From the NCBI GenBank assembly GCA_040879685.1, contig JBBDJW010000002.1, positions 1 through 39,189 on the forward strand: a stretch of 39,189 bases of DNA. The letters run 5' to 3'. The position numbers were made by a program, and so were the translations under genes. The DNA comes from Minisyncoccota bacterium. Lineage in GTDB: Bacteria; Patescibacteriota; Minisyncoccia; Phycocordibacterales; UBA2135. Shown here piece after piece: positions 8,705 through 19,281 of this stretch; the stretch's first letter is position 1; each line of letters starts with the position of its first letter. The notes under the pieces were generated by a model. It saw only the letters and a list, made by a program, of their open reading frames with translations. It did not search any database and was not told where the DNA came from.

Positions 8705-9506
8705 CACCATACAACCACAGCGAGCAAAAAAATCACTAGGTCAAAATTTTTTGCGTTCACCGTACATCCTGCGATCTTTTGTGAAAAGTGCGGAGGTTAA
8801 GGAAGGTGAGTGGATTTTAGAAGTTGGTCCGGGGCGCGGTGCAATTACAAAAGAACTTCTTGGCGCCGGTGCTCGAGTTGTTGCTGTTGAAAAAGACGAG
8901 GTGCTTGCCGAAGCACTTCGTGAAAAATTTTCTTATGCGGTCGTTGACGGTAGTCTTATTGTGGTCGCGGACGATATTCTTCACATTAATCCAGAAGAAT
9001 ACTTTAGTGGCTCCTATACCATTGTGGGGAGCATCCCGTATTATATTACTGGCGTTTTTCTTCGTACCGCGCTTGCGTTTTCTCCACAACCTCAACGCAT
9101 CTCCCTTATTATTCAAAAGGAAGTTGCGCGGCGAATTGTTGCGCGGGATGCAAAGGAAAGCATCCTCTCTCTTTCAGTAAAGGCATTTGGTGACCCTGCT
9201 TATATAAAAACAATAAAGGCGAAAGAGTTTTCTCCCTCCCCCAAAGTTGATTCTGCAATACTTGTCATTTCCGCTGTCTCAGATGATTTTTTTAATGGGT
9301 TTAGCAAAGAAGAATTTTTTGCCGCGATAAAAGTTGCGTTTTCTCAAAAAAGGAAACGCGCTGTTACTACTCTTAGTATGCGTTATGATAAAGATACGGT
9401 CGTGTCATTATTTGAACGAGTGGGTATATCTCAAAATGCACGTGCGGAAGATATTGCTCTTCAGGAATGGGGGAAGATACTCTACGCACTTTCCCGAGAA
9501 GAGTAA
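8685..9506 (+). CDS. rsmA: 16S rRNA (adenine1518/1519-N6)-dimethyltransferase RsmA/KsgA
   Basis: Motifs SLGQNFL and EVGPGRGAIT. I chose the ATG at 8685, which gives an N-terminus of typical length. Confidence 0.9.
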   Translation: MPKKTNNTIQPQRAKKSLGQNFLRSPYILRSFVKSAEVKEGEWILEVGPGRGAITKELLGAGARVVAVEKDEVLAEALREKFSYAVVDGSLIVVADDILHINPEEYFSGSYTIVGSIPYYITGVFLRTALAFSPQPQRISLIIQKEVARRIVARDAKESILSLSVKAFGDPAYIKTIKAKEFSPSPKVDSAILVISAVSDDFFNGFSKEEFFAAIKVAFSQKRKRAVTTLSMRYDKDTVVSLFERVGISQNARAEDIALQEWGKILYALSREE

Positions 9507-9509
9507 CTT

Positions 9510-9536
9510 ATAATGAGAAGGGTTTGTTCTCATTAT
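9510..9536 (+). terminator. Stem-loop after rsmA
   Basis: 10-bp stem ATAATGAGAA / TTCTCATTAT with a 7-nt loop. Confidence 0.5.
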
Positions 9537-9592
9537 TAATGAGCACGCAAGAAGCTCCACAAAAAATAAAAAAACCACCTCCGTAGCTTTTT

Positions 9593-10270
9593 ATGACTGA
9601 AAAAAAACTAGAAGAGAGAAAGAAAAAAGCGCGGCGTCTTGTTGATGCGCTTAAAAAGGTCTGCCCCGATGCAGGGATGACACTTCACTTTAGGACTAAT
9701 TGGGAACTCCTTGTTGCTGTGATGCTCTCTGCGCAGTGTACGGATAAAAAAGTTAATGAGGTGACACGGCGACTTTTTTCCGCCAAAGGCGGACCCGCCT
9801 CAGGCGGGAAAAAGTTCAGAACAATTGATGATTTCGTTAATGCCCGTCAGGAGCATCTTGAAAAAATTATTAAGCCGTGTGGATTTTATCATACTAAAGC
9901 GCGGAATATCAAAAAAAGCGCGCGCATCATACAAGAAACATATAACGGGCGTGTCCCTAAAACAATGGAAGAACTTGTCACTTTGCCCGGCGTGGCGCGC
10001 AAAACGGCAAATGTTGTTTTGGGAAATGCGTATGGCGTTATCTCAGGAATCGCGGTTGATACACACGTTATGCGACTTTCCCGTCGCTTTGGGTTAACGA
10101 ATAAAAAAACACCGGAGCAGATTGAGCGCGATTTAATGGAAATTATCCCCCAAAAAGAATGGTTTCACCTCACCTCTCTTTTTATTGAATACGGAAGAAG
10201 GTATTGTCCCGCACGCGGATGTCCGAGGGAGCATCCGCTGTGGCGTTTTGATCTATCTTCCGGTAGCTGA
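9593..10270 (+). CDS. nth: Endonuclease III (Nth) family HhH-GPD DNA glycosylase
   Basis: HhH motif LPGVARKTANVVLG and catalytic-region motif VDTHV. The C-terminus has only 2 Cys. Confidence 0.85.
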   Translation: MTEKKLEERKKKARRLVDALKKVCPDAGMTLHFRTNWELLVAVMLSAQCTDKKVNEVTRRLFSAKGGPASGGKKFRTIDDFVNARQEHLEKIIKPCGFYHTKARNIKKSARIIQETYNGRVPKTMEELVTLPGVARKTANVVLGNAYGVISGIAVDTHVMRLSRRFGLTNKKTPEQIERDLMEIIPQKEWFHLTSLFIEYGRRYCPARGCPREHPLWRFDLSSGS

Positions 10271-10317
10271 GCGGTTTTATTTGCAATTGTCTATTCGCAG
10301 GGTATACTAAGAGCACT

Positions 10318-10845
10318 ATGATGGCACTCTATAACATTCGAGGTCTTATTTTGGCCCTTCTTGTTGGTAGTATTGTCGGTTTGGGTGTTGGTATTGTTAT
10401 CTCAACCAACACTCCCTCTGAGAAAGAGGTTAACGAGGAGAAACTTCAAGAAGAGGGTGATAAAGAAGATACTGCGCAGAAGGAGGCAGTAACCGCTCTA
10501 TCCTCTGGCGAAAATATACTTGTGGTGAATAGCCAGCGTGCGGGAGAGCATGTTATCGTCTCAATGATCGCACTTGATAGGAGCGGCTGGGTTGCGGTGC
10601 ATGAGGTTTTAGATAACAAGCCGAGCCCTGTTATTTTAGGCGCAGCGCGCTTCGGCGCTGGAAAACATTTTGGAGAAAAAATCAACCTCTTGCGTGCCAC
10701 ACAAGCAGAAACTTTTTATATGTTGGTCCTTCATGCGGACGATGGTGATAGTGAGTTTGATTTTAAGAAAGAGATTCCTGTTGCAGATGAAAAAGGAGAG
10801 ATTCTCGCAGAAGAGTTTTTTGTGACACCCAAGATTGAGGAATAA
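10318..10845 (+). CDS. Hypothetical membrane-anchored protein with an acidic linker
   Basis: N-terminal TM helix, an E/K-rich linker, then a domain of about 110 aa (GWVAVHE, LVLHADDGD). Confidence 0.55.
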   Translation: MMALYNIRGLILALLVGSIVGLGVGIVISTNTPSEKEVNEEKLQEEGDKEDTAQKEAVTALSSGENILVVNSQRAGEHVIVSMIALDRSGWVAVHEVLDNKPSPVILGAARFGAGKHFGEKINLLRATQAETFYMLVLHADDGDSEFDFKKEIPVADEKGEILAEEFFVTPKIEE

Positions 10846-10853
10846 GTCCACGT

Positions 10854-10903
10854 ATAAGAAAACAGCTCAGTGCGCCCGCGGGCGCACTGAGCTGTTTTCT
10901 TAT
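10854..10903. terminator. Bidirectional terminator between convergent genes
   Basis: A perfect stem of about 23 bp, ATAAGAAAACAGCTCAGTGCGCC / GGCGCACTGAGCTGTTTTCTTAT, flanked by A/T runs. Confidence 0.75.
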
Positions 10904-10911
10904 ATTTATTT

Positions 10912-12846
10912 TTATGTTCCCAAAATGACCGGGATGACTATAGGATGTTTGTGTGTTTTCCGAAGAAGGAACTTACTGATCTCTTCAGTAAGTTCATTTT
11001 TAATGAAGTCAAAATTAATCGGGCGCGTTTTCCCTGTATTTTTCTCAACGGTTTTTTTCACCAAACCCCGTGCTTCTTTGAGAAGATCTTGCGACTCTCT
11101 TAAATAGACAAAACCACGTGATATAATATCGGGTGATTTGCGTACCTTACCGCTTACGGTATCAAGGGTAATAATGATGACAAACATCCCGTCTTGGGCA
11201 AGCATTTGCCTGTCACGAATGACAACTTCTTGAATGTCTCCAATAGAGAGCCCGTCAACAAGCATCAACCCTCCGGGAGCTCTGTCTTTGTTTACTGACA
11301 TCTCTTTACCATCCTTAATCTCAATGAGCATAGAGTTGTCTGGTATGGTCATATTTTCTTGAGGTATGCCGACTTCTCTTGCTACCTCTGTATGAACACG
11401 AAGCATGTAATGATAGCCATGAAGAGGGATAAAAAAGCGCGCTCCAATATGTCTATGAATCCACTTTGTTTCCTCTCTATTAGCATGACCACTTGAATGC
11501 ACGTCACTTACTTGGTAGTGAATAATTTTTGCTCCCTGTCGTGAAAGATTGTCTTTGAGCTTTTGTACCGACCGCTCATTGCCTGGGACAATAGAGGATG
11601 AGAGGAGTACTGTGTCGGTGTTGTTTATCTTGAAGTGTTTGTGATTTTGATTGGCGATGCGCATCAGTACGGCAAATTCATCTCCTTGTGCACCGGTTAC
11701 TAGTGCAATGAGTTTGTGTGGTGGATAATTATTCATTTCCTCAATGGGGATCAGAGTATCTTTTTTTGGTTTTAGGACACCGGCAAGTTTTGCAATTTCA
11801 ACATTTGTCTTCATACTGCGTCCGTCAATAATGACCTTTCTCCCATACTTTTCTGCAATTTCAATAATATGCGTAACGCGCTCAATCTGCGAAGCAAAGG
11901 TACCGATAATAAGCCTTCCCTTTATGTTTTTTATTATTTCATCAATACTTTCATTGACCTTACTTTCCGGAATAGAAAAACCAGGACGTTCAACATTTGT
12001 TGAGTCAGCCATTAAAAGAAGAACATCCTCGTCCTTGAATTTTGAAAACTCCTCTTCTTCTTGTTGTGTGGGGACACCATCAACATGGTCAAGTTTGAGG
12101 TCTCCTGTGTGCACGATATTCCCGTAGGGAGTTTTTACAATAATACCCATTGCGTCGGGGATGGTGTGGGTTACCGCAAAGAAGGCCACAGGGAAAGAAC
12201 CAATAGAGATTGTGTCATCTTTTTCCACAACGTTAATTGTTAGTGGCGCGAGTGTGGGGAATTCTTCTTGCCGCTTCTTAATCATTAACGCGGTGAGGTT
12301 TCTTGTGTAGATTGCTGGGTTACCAATTTTATTGAGAATATAGGGGATGCCACCAATGTGATCAAGGTGTCCATGGGTGATAAGTAGTCCCTTTATCTTT
12401 TCTTTGCGCTCCTCAAGATATTTTGTGTTGGGAAGAATAAAGTCAATGCCAGGGGTCTCTTGTTCTTTAAATTGAATACCGCAGTCAATGACAAGAATTT
12501 CATCATTATATTCAATGGCGAGCATATTTTTTCCAATCTCTTCCACACCACCAAGGATGACAATGCGCACCGTATCTTTTTCAGGTGGCTTAATGTGTTT
12601 TGAGCTCTTGGCAGTATTATTACTCGCCCCTTGAGGAAGTGCGGGCAGAGAAAAGCGGGTAGTGTGGCGCTTGCTATAGCCAGAGCGTTTTTTTACCGCT
12701 TTCTTTGCGTGCGTCGGCGTTTGTTTTTGTTGCGAACTTTTTCTTCCGCTTATAGGGCGACCCTGTACTCCTCTTGGAGAGGGATGAGTATTTTTACTCG
12801 TTCGTGATGAAACGAGAGGAGTTTTTCGTTTTTCGTTGTTAGGCAT
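10912..12846 (-). CDS. rnj: Ribonuclease J (metallo-beta-lactamase/beta-CASP) with a basic N-terminal extension
   Basis: The HGHLDHIG motif and beta-CASP and C-terminal regions typical of RNase J. I prefer the ATG at 12846 (MPNNEKRK...). Confidence 0.85.
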   Translation of the reverse strand: MPNNEKRKTPLVSSRTSKNTHPSPRGVQGRPISGRKSSQQKQTPTHAKKAVKKRSGYSKRHTTRFSLPALPQGASNNTAKSSKHIKPPEKDTVRIVILGGVEEIGKNMLAIEYNDEILVIDCGIQFKEQETPGIDFILPNTKYLEERKEKIKGLLITHGHLDHIGGIPYILNKIGNPAIYTRNLTALMIKKRQEEFPTLAPLTINVVEKDDTISIGSFPVAFFAVTHTIPDAMGIIVKTPYGNIVHTGDLKLDHVDGVPTQQEEEEFSKFKDEDVLLLMADSTNVERPGFSIPESKVNESIDEIIKNIKGRLIIGTFASQIERVTHIIEIAEKYGRKVIIDGRSMKTNVEIAKLAGVLKPKKDTLIPIEEMNNYPPHKLIALVTGAQGDEFAVLMRIANQNHKHFKINNTDTVLLSSSIVPGNERSVQKLKDNLSRQGAKIIHYQVSDVHSSGHANREETKWIHRHIGARFFIPLHGYHYMLRVHTEVAREVGIPQENMTIPDNSMLIEIKDGKEMSVNKDRAPGGLMLVDGLSIGDIQEVVIRDRQMLAQDGMFVIIITLDTVSGKVRKSPDIISRGFVYLRESQDLLKEARGLVKKTVEKNTGKTRPINFDFIKNELTEEISKFLLRKTHKHPIVIPVILGT

Positions 12847-12878
12847 ACAAATTAGTAAGATGGTTTTTAAAAATAAAA

Positions 12879-14540
12879 TTAGTTTACAAAAATTTTCCAA
12901 AGGCGCTGTGTTTCTATATACCATGTGTGTACATCGAGGAATCGCTCAGAAGGAACAGCGATTGTTCCTGTAGTAATTCCTTGTATTTTTTTGGGGACAA
13001 TATAGACAAAGTCAGGCGAGTATACAAACACTGCCGGGATATCTTTTTGTATTTCTTCTTGGAATTGTTCGTACAGTTCCGTCCGCTCTTCCTTAGGGAA
13101 AGTTTCTCTTCCCTTTTCAAGTAATTTATCAGTAGTGATATTGGTATAGAGCGCGATATTAAGGCCGGGGTCGTTTCTCTGTGATGAATGCCAGAAGGCG
13201 AAAGGGTCTGATTCTCGGCCAATAATCTCTCCAAATAAGAGCGCATCATATCTTCGTGGCCGAATGACATTATTGTTTAAATCACTCACACTCCAGACCT
13301 GCAGATCAACATCTACACCGACTTCTTCCCATGCATTTTTCAACATCTCACCTGTTTTTTTAAGCTCGGGAGTATCTGAGGTAGAGAGAGAAAAAGAAAG
13401 CGTTACTCCTTTATTTTCACGGATTCCCGTCTCTTCATTTATTTTCCATCCGGCACTTTCCAGGAGCACTTTCGCCTCTTCTTTTGGACTCAATAACTCT
13501 TCCTCCGAGGTCTCATTATGATCTTCTGGCGGATTACTCGTAAATCCAAGTGAGCCTGGAGGAAGCGGGCCATCTATCGGTGTACCATACCCGAGCAATA
13601 CCTCGTCAACGATTGCTTCTCGTGGTGTCGAGAGGGCGAGCGCTTTGCGTATGTTGAAATTCGTGAAAAGATTGTTTTGATTTTGGTTGAAAAAAACGCC
13701 AAACACTCTAGGAAGTATGTAAGTTAAAATAGTATGGTTGTGGCTTCTGAGCTCTGCGACACTTTGAAAAGCGATGGCGTTAGCGGCTTCAATGTCTTGC
13801 TTGGTAAAGGCTTGTATTGTCTCCTCCTCGTTTGGATAAAAGTTAATAATAAGGTTTTTCAGATACGGCTCACCAAGTGCGAAATGTTTAAAAGAGGAAA
13901 GTTTATAATTCTCTGGGATACCTGAGCGGTTATTTTTTATGGAGACCATTTTGTAAGGGCCCGAACCGACCGGTCTTATGTTGTAGCGGGAAAAGCCAAA
14001 CTGTTCGGTACTGATATCTTCCCAGATATGTTGAGGTAAGATACCAAGTGTCGTGTTCTCCAGAAAAGGGGAATATGGTCTTTTTAAGATGAAAGAGAGA
14101 GTTTTCTCGTCTACTTTTTCTACACGCACTCCTTCCCAGCTTGCTCGCTTCGGGCTTTTTAATAAGCTGTCCTGCACTCGCTCTATAGTAAAAAGCACAT
14201 CATCGCTTGTTATGGGTTTGCCGTCATGCCAGAGAAGGTTTGATTTTAATGTAAAAGTGTAACTCAATCCATCATCAGAGATTGAATATTTCTCGGCCAA
14301 ATCAGGGATAAGATCACCTTCTGGTGTGGCGCGCAAGAGTCCTGAATAAATCAACATAGTGAGATCGCGATCGGCGTCTGAGAGTGCGAGGAGAGGATTA
14401 ATAAAACGCGGGGCGCCAACAACTCCTTCTTTTAGAGATCCTCCATGAGAAGGAACAGAAACAGTAAACATATTGTTGACCTTAATAAGAAGGCCAAACG
14501 AAGTAACGGTAAAAACAATAAGAAGGATGGAAAACACCAT
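12879..14540 (-). CDS. ABC transporter substrate-binding protein, family 5 (peptide/nickel type), membrane-anchored
   Basis: Family-5 SBP-like sequence throughout. The ATG at 14540 is preceded by GGAAGGAAAAGG and gives an N-terminal signal anchor. The ORF track extends the ORF to a GTG at 14693. Confidence 0.75.
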   Translation of the reverse strand: MVFSILLIVFTVTSFGLLIKVNNMFTVSVPSHGGSLKEGVVGAPRFINPLLALSDADRDLTMLIYSGLLRATPEGDLIPDLAEKYSISDDGLSYTFTLKSNLLWHDGKPITSDDVLFTIERVQDSLLKSPKRASWEGVRVEKVDEKTLSFILKRPYSPFLENTTLGILPQHIWEDISTEQFGFSRYNIRPVGSGPYKMVSIKNNRSGIPENYKLSSFKHFALGEPYLKNLIINFYPNEEETIQAFTKQDIEAANAIAFQSVAELRSHNHTILTYILPRVFGVFFNQNQNNLFTNFNIRKALALSTPREAIVDEVLLGYGTPIDGPLPPGSLGFTSNPPEDHNETSEEELLSPKEEAKVLLESAGWKINEETGIRENKGVTLSFSLSTSDTPELKKTGEMLKNAWEEVGVDVDLQVWSVSDLNNNVIRPRRYDALLFGEIIGRESDPFAFWHSSQRNDPGLNIALYTNITTDKLLEKGRETFPKEERTELYEQFQEEIQKDIPAVFVYSPDFVYIVPKKIQGITTGTIAVPSERFLDVHTWYIETQRLWKIFVN

Positions 14541-14745
14541 CCTTTTCCTTCCTTGAAGGGCAGAGATCTCATGATAACGCCCAAGAATAAAATCGCGTGT
14601 TTTCTTAAAAAACGCGTCTGTGTGTTTCGTGCGTATAAAAAACGAAAGGAATTTTTCTAGTGCCTGTGCACAAAGACGTAACAGTGTTTTCACAATACTC
14701 TTTTTTCAGAAACGTAGACACACCATTGAGGTGTTCATTTCTTTA

Positions 14746-14976
14746 TTATAGTACGAGAGTTAAGAAAGCCGAGAGGCCAAAAAGAACAGCGAGCACAATC
14801 GTTGCTTGAAAGAGAAATTTTTCAAAACCCCGTCTGGTGTGTTTAAAACCCCCTCCATCAGCACCTCCAAAAATACCACCAACACCAGCGCTTGACTGTT
14901 GGAGTAAAACAGAAACTACCAAAAGAATTGACAGAGTAATCTGTATCCAAGGTAAGAGAGTAATAAAAAATTGCAT
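14746..14976 (-). CDS. secG: Preprotein translocase subunit SecG
   Basis: 76 aa with two TM helices flanking a Gly-rich loop (GGIFGGADGGG). Confidence 0.8.
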   Translation of the reverse strand: MQFFITLLPWIQITLSILLVVSVLLQQSSAGVGGIFGGADGGGFKHTRRGFEKFLFQATIVLAVLFGLSAFLTLVL

Positions 14977-15142
14977 GACGGTAATCCTATCTAATTTTGG
15001 CGTGAAAAGAAAAGAGTTGCTTCTCGGTAAAGACTAGGGTGCTGTTGCAGGGCGCTTTTTTAGACCATGCATCTCGTAGGGTTCACTATACCATAGGCGT
15101 ATCGCTCCTGCAAGAGTAGTTGATGCATAGAATGAGGGCTTT

Positions 15143-15171
15143 TTGACTCTTACCTCAAAATGCTTTATTAT
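15143..15171 (+). promoter_or_regulatory. Sigma70-like promoter upstream of groES
   Basis: TTGACT (15143-15148), a 17-nt spacer, then TATTAT (15166-15171), about 60 nt upstream of the groES ATG. Confidence 0.45.
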
Positions 15172-15233
15172 GGAGATACTTTAGAAGTTCGCATAGCATA
15201 ATCGTTGTGCGCTAATAAGGAAGCAAGAAAAAT

Positions 15234-17215
<1,982 letters not shown>

Positions 17216-17258
17216 TTTTTTGCTATACTCTTAACCACAGAGGTAATCTAATTTTTTT

Positions 17259-17822
17259 ATGACCATTCTTTATATTATTTTAGGAACTGTTGTTTTTGTC
17301 GTTTTCTTTGCCATCTTTGCTTACAACAGATTCGTAACACTTTCAAACAGAACGCGGGAAGCGTGGGCTGATATTGATGTACAATTGAAACGGCGTTACG
17401 ATCTTATCCCAAATCTTATCAATACGGTGAAAGGATATGTAACGCACGAAAGAGAAACACTTGAACAGGTAACCAAGGCGCGCACCAGTGCAATGCAAGC
17501 ACAAACACCGCAGGAGCACGCAGAAAAAGAAAATATGTTAAGCGATGCGTTGAAATCTTTGTTTGCTGTTTCTGAAAACTACCCTGACCTTAAGGCAAAC
17601 GAGAACTTTCTTGAGTTACAACGAGAACTTTCCGATACGGAAAATAAAATTCAAGCAGCGCGAAGATTTTATAATGGCAATGTCCGTGATCTTAACATAG
17701 TGATTGAATCGTTCCCCTACAACACCATTGCCCGCCTCTTCTCATTTACACAGTCTGATTTCTTTGAACTTGAGGATGACTCAGCTGAAAAGGAGCCGGT
17801 TAAAGTTAACTTCTCGTCGTAG
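17259..17822 (+). CDS. lemA: LemA family protein
   Basis: N-terminal TM helix plus conserved LemA motifs (RYDLIPNL, ENYPDLKAN, RRFYN). Confidence 0.9.
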   Translation: MTILYIILGTVVFVVFFAIFAYNRFVTLSNRTREAWADIDVQLKRRYDLIPNLINTVKGYVTHERETLEQVTKARTSAMQAQTPQEHAEKENMLSDALKSLFAVSENYPDLKANENFLELQRELSDTENKIQAARRFYNGNVRDLNIVIESFPYNTIARLFSFTQSDFFELEDDSAEKEPVKVNFSS

Positions 17823-17890
17823 TTTTCAAAAAACTTAGCTAAACGGCAGGATAAGATACGTAAATTTTCTGCGTCGTTATTTATTTTTCT

Positions 17891-18784
17891 ATGGCGACAC
17901 TCTACACACATTACGATAGCAACACGCGCCGGACATGGGTCTTAATGGCCGCTTTTTTTATTGCGGTTATTTTTCTCGGATGGGCGTTTAGCTGGATCTT
18001 CAATAATTCTATCATTCTTTATGTCGCAGTCTTTTTGAGTATTGCGATGAACGTCGGAAGCTATTACTACTCGGATAAACTCGTGCTCAAGATGACAGGG
18101 GCGCATGAAGCATCTGAAAAAGAGTATCGCGAGTTACATACTCTTGTAGAGAATTTAGCAATTACCGCAGGGCTTCCAAAACCAAAGGTTTTTGTTATGA
18201 AGGAGACGGCTCCAAACGCCTTTGCTACAGGGCGAAATAAGGAACATGCGGTTGTTGCGGTTACTGAGGGGCTTTTGACGCTTCTTGAACGCACAGAGCT
18301 TGAAGGGGTGATTGCTCATGAGCTTTCTCATATTGGTAATCGCGATATGCTTGTCTCAACCATTGCGGTTACGCTTGTGGGGTTTGTAACACTTCTCTCT
18401 GACTTTTTTTTGCGCTGGTCTTTGTTTGGTGGCGGGGGAGGAGATCGCGATGGACGAATACAAATTATTATGACACTAGTAGGTGTTGTATTGGCGATTC
18501 TCGCACCGCTTGTCGCACTCCTTATTCAACTTGCTATTTCACGCAAGCGAGAGTTTTTGGCGGATGCTTCCGGTGCACTGCTGACTCGTTATCCCGAGGG
18601 GCTCGCAAGCGCGCTTTCAAAGATCGGAAAATACTCCGCGGAAATGAAGCGGGCCAACCATGCAACGGCGCATCTTTTTCTCGCTAATCCTTTTGGCAGT
18701 AAAAAGGAGCGTGGCATACACAGGTGGTTTATGACACACCCTCCCGTCTCGGAGCGCATCAGTGCACTGAGAGGAGAGAGATAA
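17891..18784 (+). CDS. htpX: M48-family zinc metalloprotease HtpX
   Basis: The HELSHI zinc motif, 4 TM segments, and the classic pairing with lemA. Confidence 0.9.
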   Translation: MATLYTHYDSNTRRTWVLMAAFFIAVIFLGWAFSWIFNNSIILYVAVFLSIAMNVGSYYYSDKLVLKMTGAHEASEKEYRELHTLVENLAITAGLPKPKVFVMKETAPNAFATGRNKEHAVVAVTEGLLTLLERTELEGVIAHELSHIGNRDMLVSTIAVTLVGFVTLLSDFFLRWSLFGGGGGDRDGRIQIIMTLVGVVLAILAPLVALLIQLAISRKREFLADASGALLTRYPEGLASALSKIGKYSAEMKRANHATAHLFLANPFGSKKERGIHRWFMTHPPVSERISALRGER

Positions 18785-18871
18785 AAAAGGTTTGTCTTAT
18801 GAGCTTATCTTGTGTAGGCTCATAAGAGAGTGCACAAGCACAAATTCATAAAAGTGTTCGGCATGAACGGA

Positions 18872-18941
18872 GGAGGAGTGGCTGACCACCTCCTTTGGCG
18901 GGGCCTCGCCGTAGGCGAGGGTGGTCTAAGGCGCACGCTTG
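18872..18941 (+). other. 5' portion of an interrupted (outer) tRNA-Ser-like gene, with a 37-nt D-loop insert
   Basis: GGAGGAGTGGCTGA + 37 nt (18886-18922) + GGTCTAAGGCGCACGCTTG. Apart from the insert it is identical to nt 1-35 of the intact tRNA-Ser at 19001. Confidence 0.55.
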
Positions 18942-19000
18942 TTCCCAATTTACACAAGAGCGAAGCGATTGTAATGTAAATTGCAATCCCTGCACATGGC

Positions 19001-19090
19001 GGAGGAGTGGCTGAGCGGTCTAAGGCGCACGCTTGGAAAGCGTGTGAGGGTTTACGCCCTCCGCGAGTTCGAATCTCGCCTCCTCCGCCA
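19001..19090 (+). tRNA. tRNA-Ser (anticodon GGA), class II with a long variable arm, CCA encoded
   Basis: Cloverleaf: GGAGGAG TG GCT GAGCGGTCTAA GGC G CACGC TTGGAAA GCGTG, variable arm TGAGGGTTTACGCCCTC C, GCGAG TTCGAAT CTCGC, CTCCTCC G CCA. Confidence 0.92.
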
Positions 19091-19099
19091 TGTGCAGGA

Positions 19100-19149
19100 G
19101 AAAGCGTGTGGGGTTCATACCCTCGCAGGTTCAAATCCTGTCTCCTCCA
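19100..19149 (+). other. 3' portion of the interrupted (outer) tRNA-Ser-like gene
   Basis: GAAA GCGTG, variable arm TGGGGTTCATACCCTC, T-arm GCAGG TTCAAAT CCTGT, acceptor CTCCTCC, discriminator A. It is complementary to the 5' portion at 18872-18941. Confidence 0.55.
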
Positions 19150-19281
19150 TATTTATAAAACTAAAAAATTTGAGAGAGGAAGGAGAATCTGAAAGAGAGA
19201 GCATCACGCGTGGTTCTCTGGTATGATGAAGGTGGTGTATAGCAAAATTTTTCTTGTAAAAATTTTGCTATACTTACTCGT

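Noticed and set aside
14977-15233. CIRCE/HrcA operator upstream of groES
   Set aside because: I looked for TTAGCACTC-N9-GAGTGCTAA or a close variant and did not find one. Only a sigma70-like -35/-10 pair is visible.
18942-19099. Group I intron in the outer tRNA-Ser anticodon loop
   Set aside because: It is only 158 nt long, of which 90 nt are a tRNA. I could not find P3-P8 core helices or a G-binding site. Bacterial tRNA group I introns are typically longer than 200 nt.
18820-19226. ORFs of 104, 81 and 61 aa over the tRNA-Ser locus
   Set aside because: They overlap an unambiguous tRNA and its partial copies on both strands and have no coding signal.
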